Of a DNA stretch of 64,000 bases, positions 63,416 through 64,000 are shown in pieces. The stretch is from an uncultured delta proteobacterium (GTDB lineage Bacteria; Myxococcota; Myxococcia; Myxococcales; Myxococcaceae), in the NCBI GenBank assembly GCA_963771175.1, contig CAVYSY010000026.1:32001-96000 (forward strand). Reading direction: 5' to 3'. A program made the position numbers and the translations under genes. Each line of letters starts with the position of its first letter. The first letter of the stretch is position 1. Below the pieces are notes generated by a model that had not been told where the DNA came from, did not search any database, and saw nothing but the letters and a program-made list of their open reading frames with translations.

Positions 63416-64000
63416 TCATTTGTCGAGGTCGAACATGCACCACCCGGGTTCGTCCTCCGACAACCCCGCACACTCCTCCAAGGGCCCGCAGGTGCCCGGC
63501 GCATCCGAGTTGCACCGCTTCAGGCAGAAGCGACCCAGGCACGAGAGGCCCTCGGGGCACGATCGCGCCTGGGGGCTGCATGAAAACCTGCATCCCATCC
63601 ACACCTCATTTCGTGACTCCTGGGCCGCGATATCGCATTGCTGACCCGCCGGGCAGGGATTGAGCTGGCAATCCATTCCTCGCACCCGCGCGCAAATCGA
63701 TACTCCATGCTCCAGGGCCACGCATCGTTGTCCCTCGGGGCAGGAGCGCCCCTGGCAGGTCGGAAGACACACGGAGCCCCTCGCATCCGCGGCATGGCAG
63801 GAGTACCCCTCGGAACAACTCTGGGGCTCCTGGGGTCGGCAGGGGCGTCGGCATTTCTTGTGTGTACACCTCAGATCTGGCGCGCACGCCATGCGCCGGA
63901 AGCGGGGCAGTTCCTGGCAAAACTCCCCCTCCGCGATCTCACCTGGAGCGCCACACAGGCGCAACACGCGTTCACCCGCTGCGATTGAATAGCAGGAGAG
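63416..64000 (-). CDS. Cys-rich protein, copy 2 (5' end outside window)
   Basis: Colinear paralog of 59306-60187 with all visible Cys conserved, 4110 bp away. Confidence 0.8.
   Translation of the reverse strand, partial: LSCYSIAAGERVLRLCGAPGEIAEGEFCQELPRFRRMACAPDLRCTHKKCRRPCRPQEPQSCSEGYSCHAADARGSVCLPTCQGRSCPEGQRCVALEHGVSICARVRGMDCQLNPCPAGQQCDIAAQESRNEVWMGCRFSCSPQARSCPEGLSCLGRFCLKRCNSDAPGTCGPLEECAGLSEDEPGWCMFDLDK

Noticed and set aside
59306..64000. Composite transposon bounded by the two repeated segments
   Set aside because: The repeats are diverged protein-coding paralogs; no transposase or terminal inverted repeats.

Overview
High-GC DNA whose gene content points to a myxobacterium (Cystobacterineae/Archangium-like; inferred from a DUF2381-like/Ser-Thr kinase pair, a myxobacterial-type minor pilin/PilY1 cluster and many Cys-rich lipoproteins). 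Left to right: a cell-wall amidase (partial); a metal-resistance block (chrA, czcCBA-type RND pump, M56 peptidase + BlaI-type repressor with two matching operators, divergent His-tailed DMT transporter); selD with an in-frame UGA and SECIS-like hairpin (selenoprotein); FHA-DUF4388, bamD, recX; an ftsH paralog with a sigma-54-type promoter; a pilT paralog; rpsI-rplM; UvrD-family helicase; rlmI; TPR-zincin; fimU-pilV-pilW-pilX-pilY1; DHH phosphoesterase; tatD, tcdA, a solo Cas4/AddB-like nuclease, SDR, mutY; M16 peptidase and beta-propeller lipoproteins; a methionine block (core MetE-like enzyme, metH, SahR-like regulator with operator); patatin; a TetR unit; and an apparently repeated cassette of Cys-rich surface protein / small lipoprotein / DUF2381-like protein / Ser-Thr kinase. 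Many genes, including essential ribosomal proteins, carry single-base frameshifts clustered in patches, most consistent with long-read sequencing error rather than pseudogenisation. No rRNA, tRNA, CRISPR array, integrase or transposase was seen. All family calls are from motif recognition by eye, with no database search. Best candidates for undescribed systems: (1) a BlaI/M56 pair apparently repurposed for metal sensing, and (2) the kinase cassette, whose kinase gene seems to contain a nested in-frame lipoprotein and which is flanked by diversified Cys-rich paralogs.
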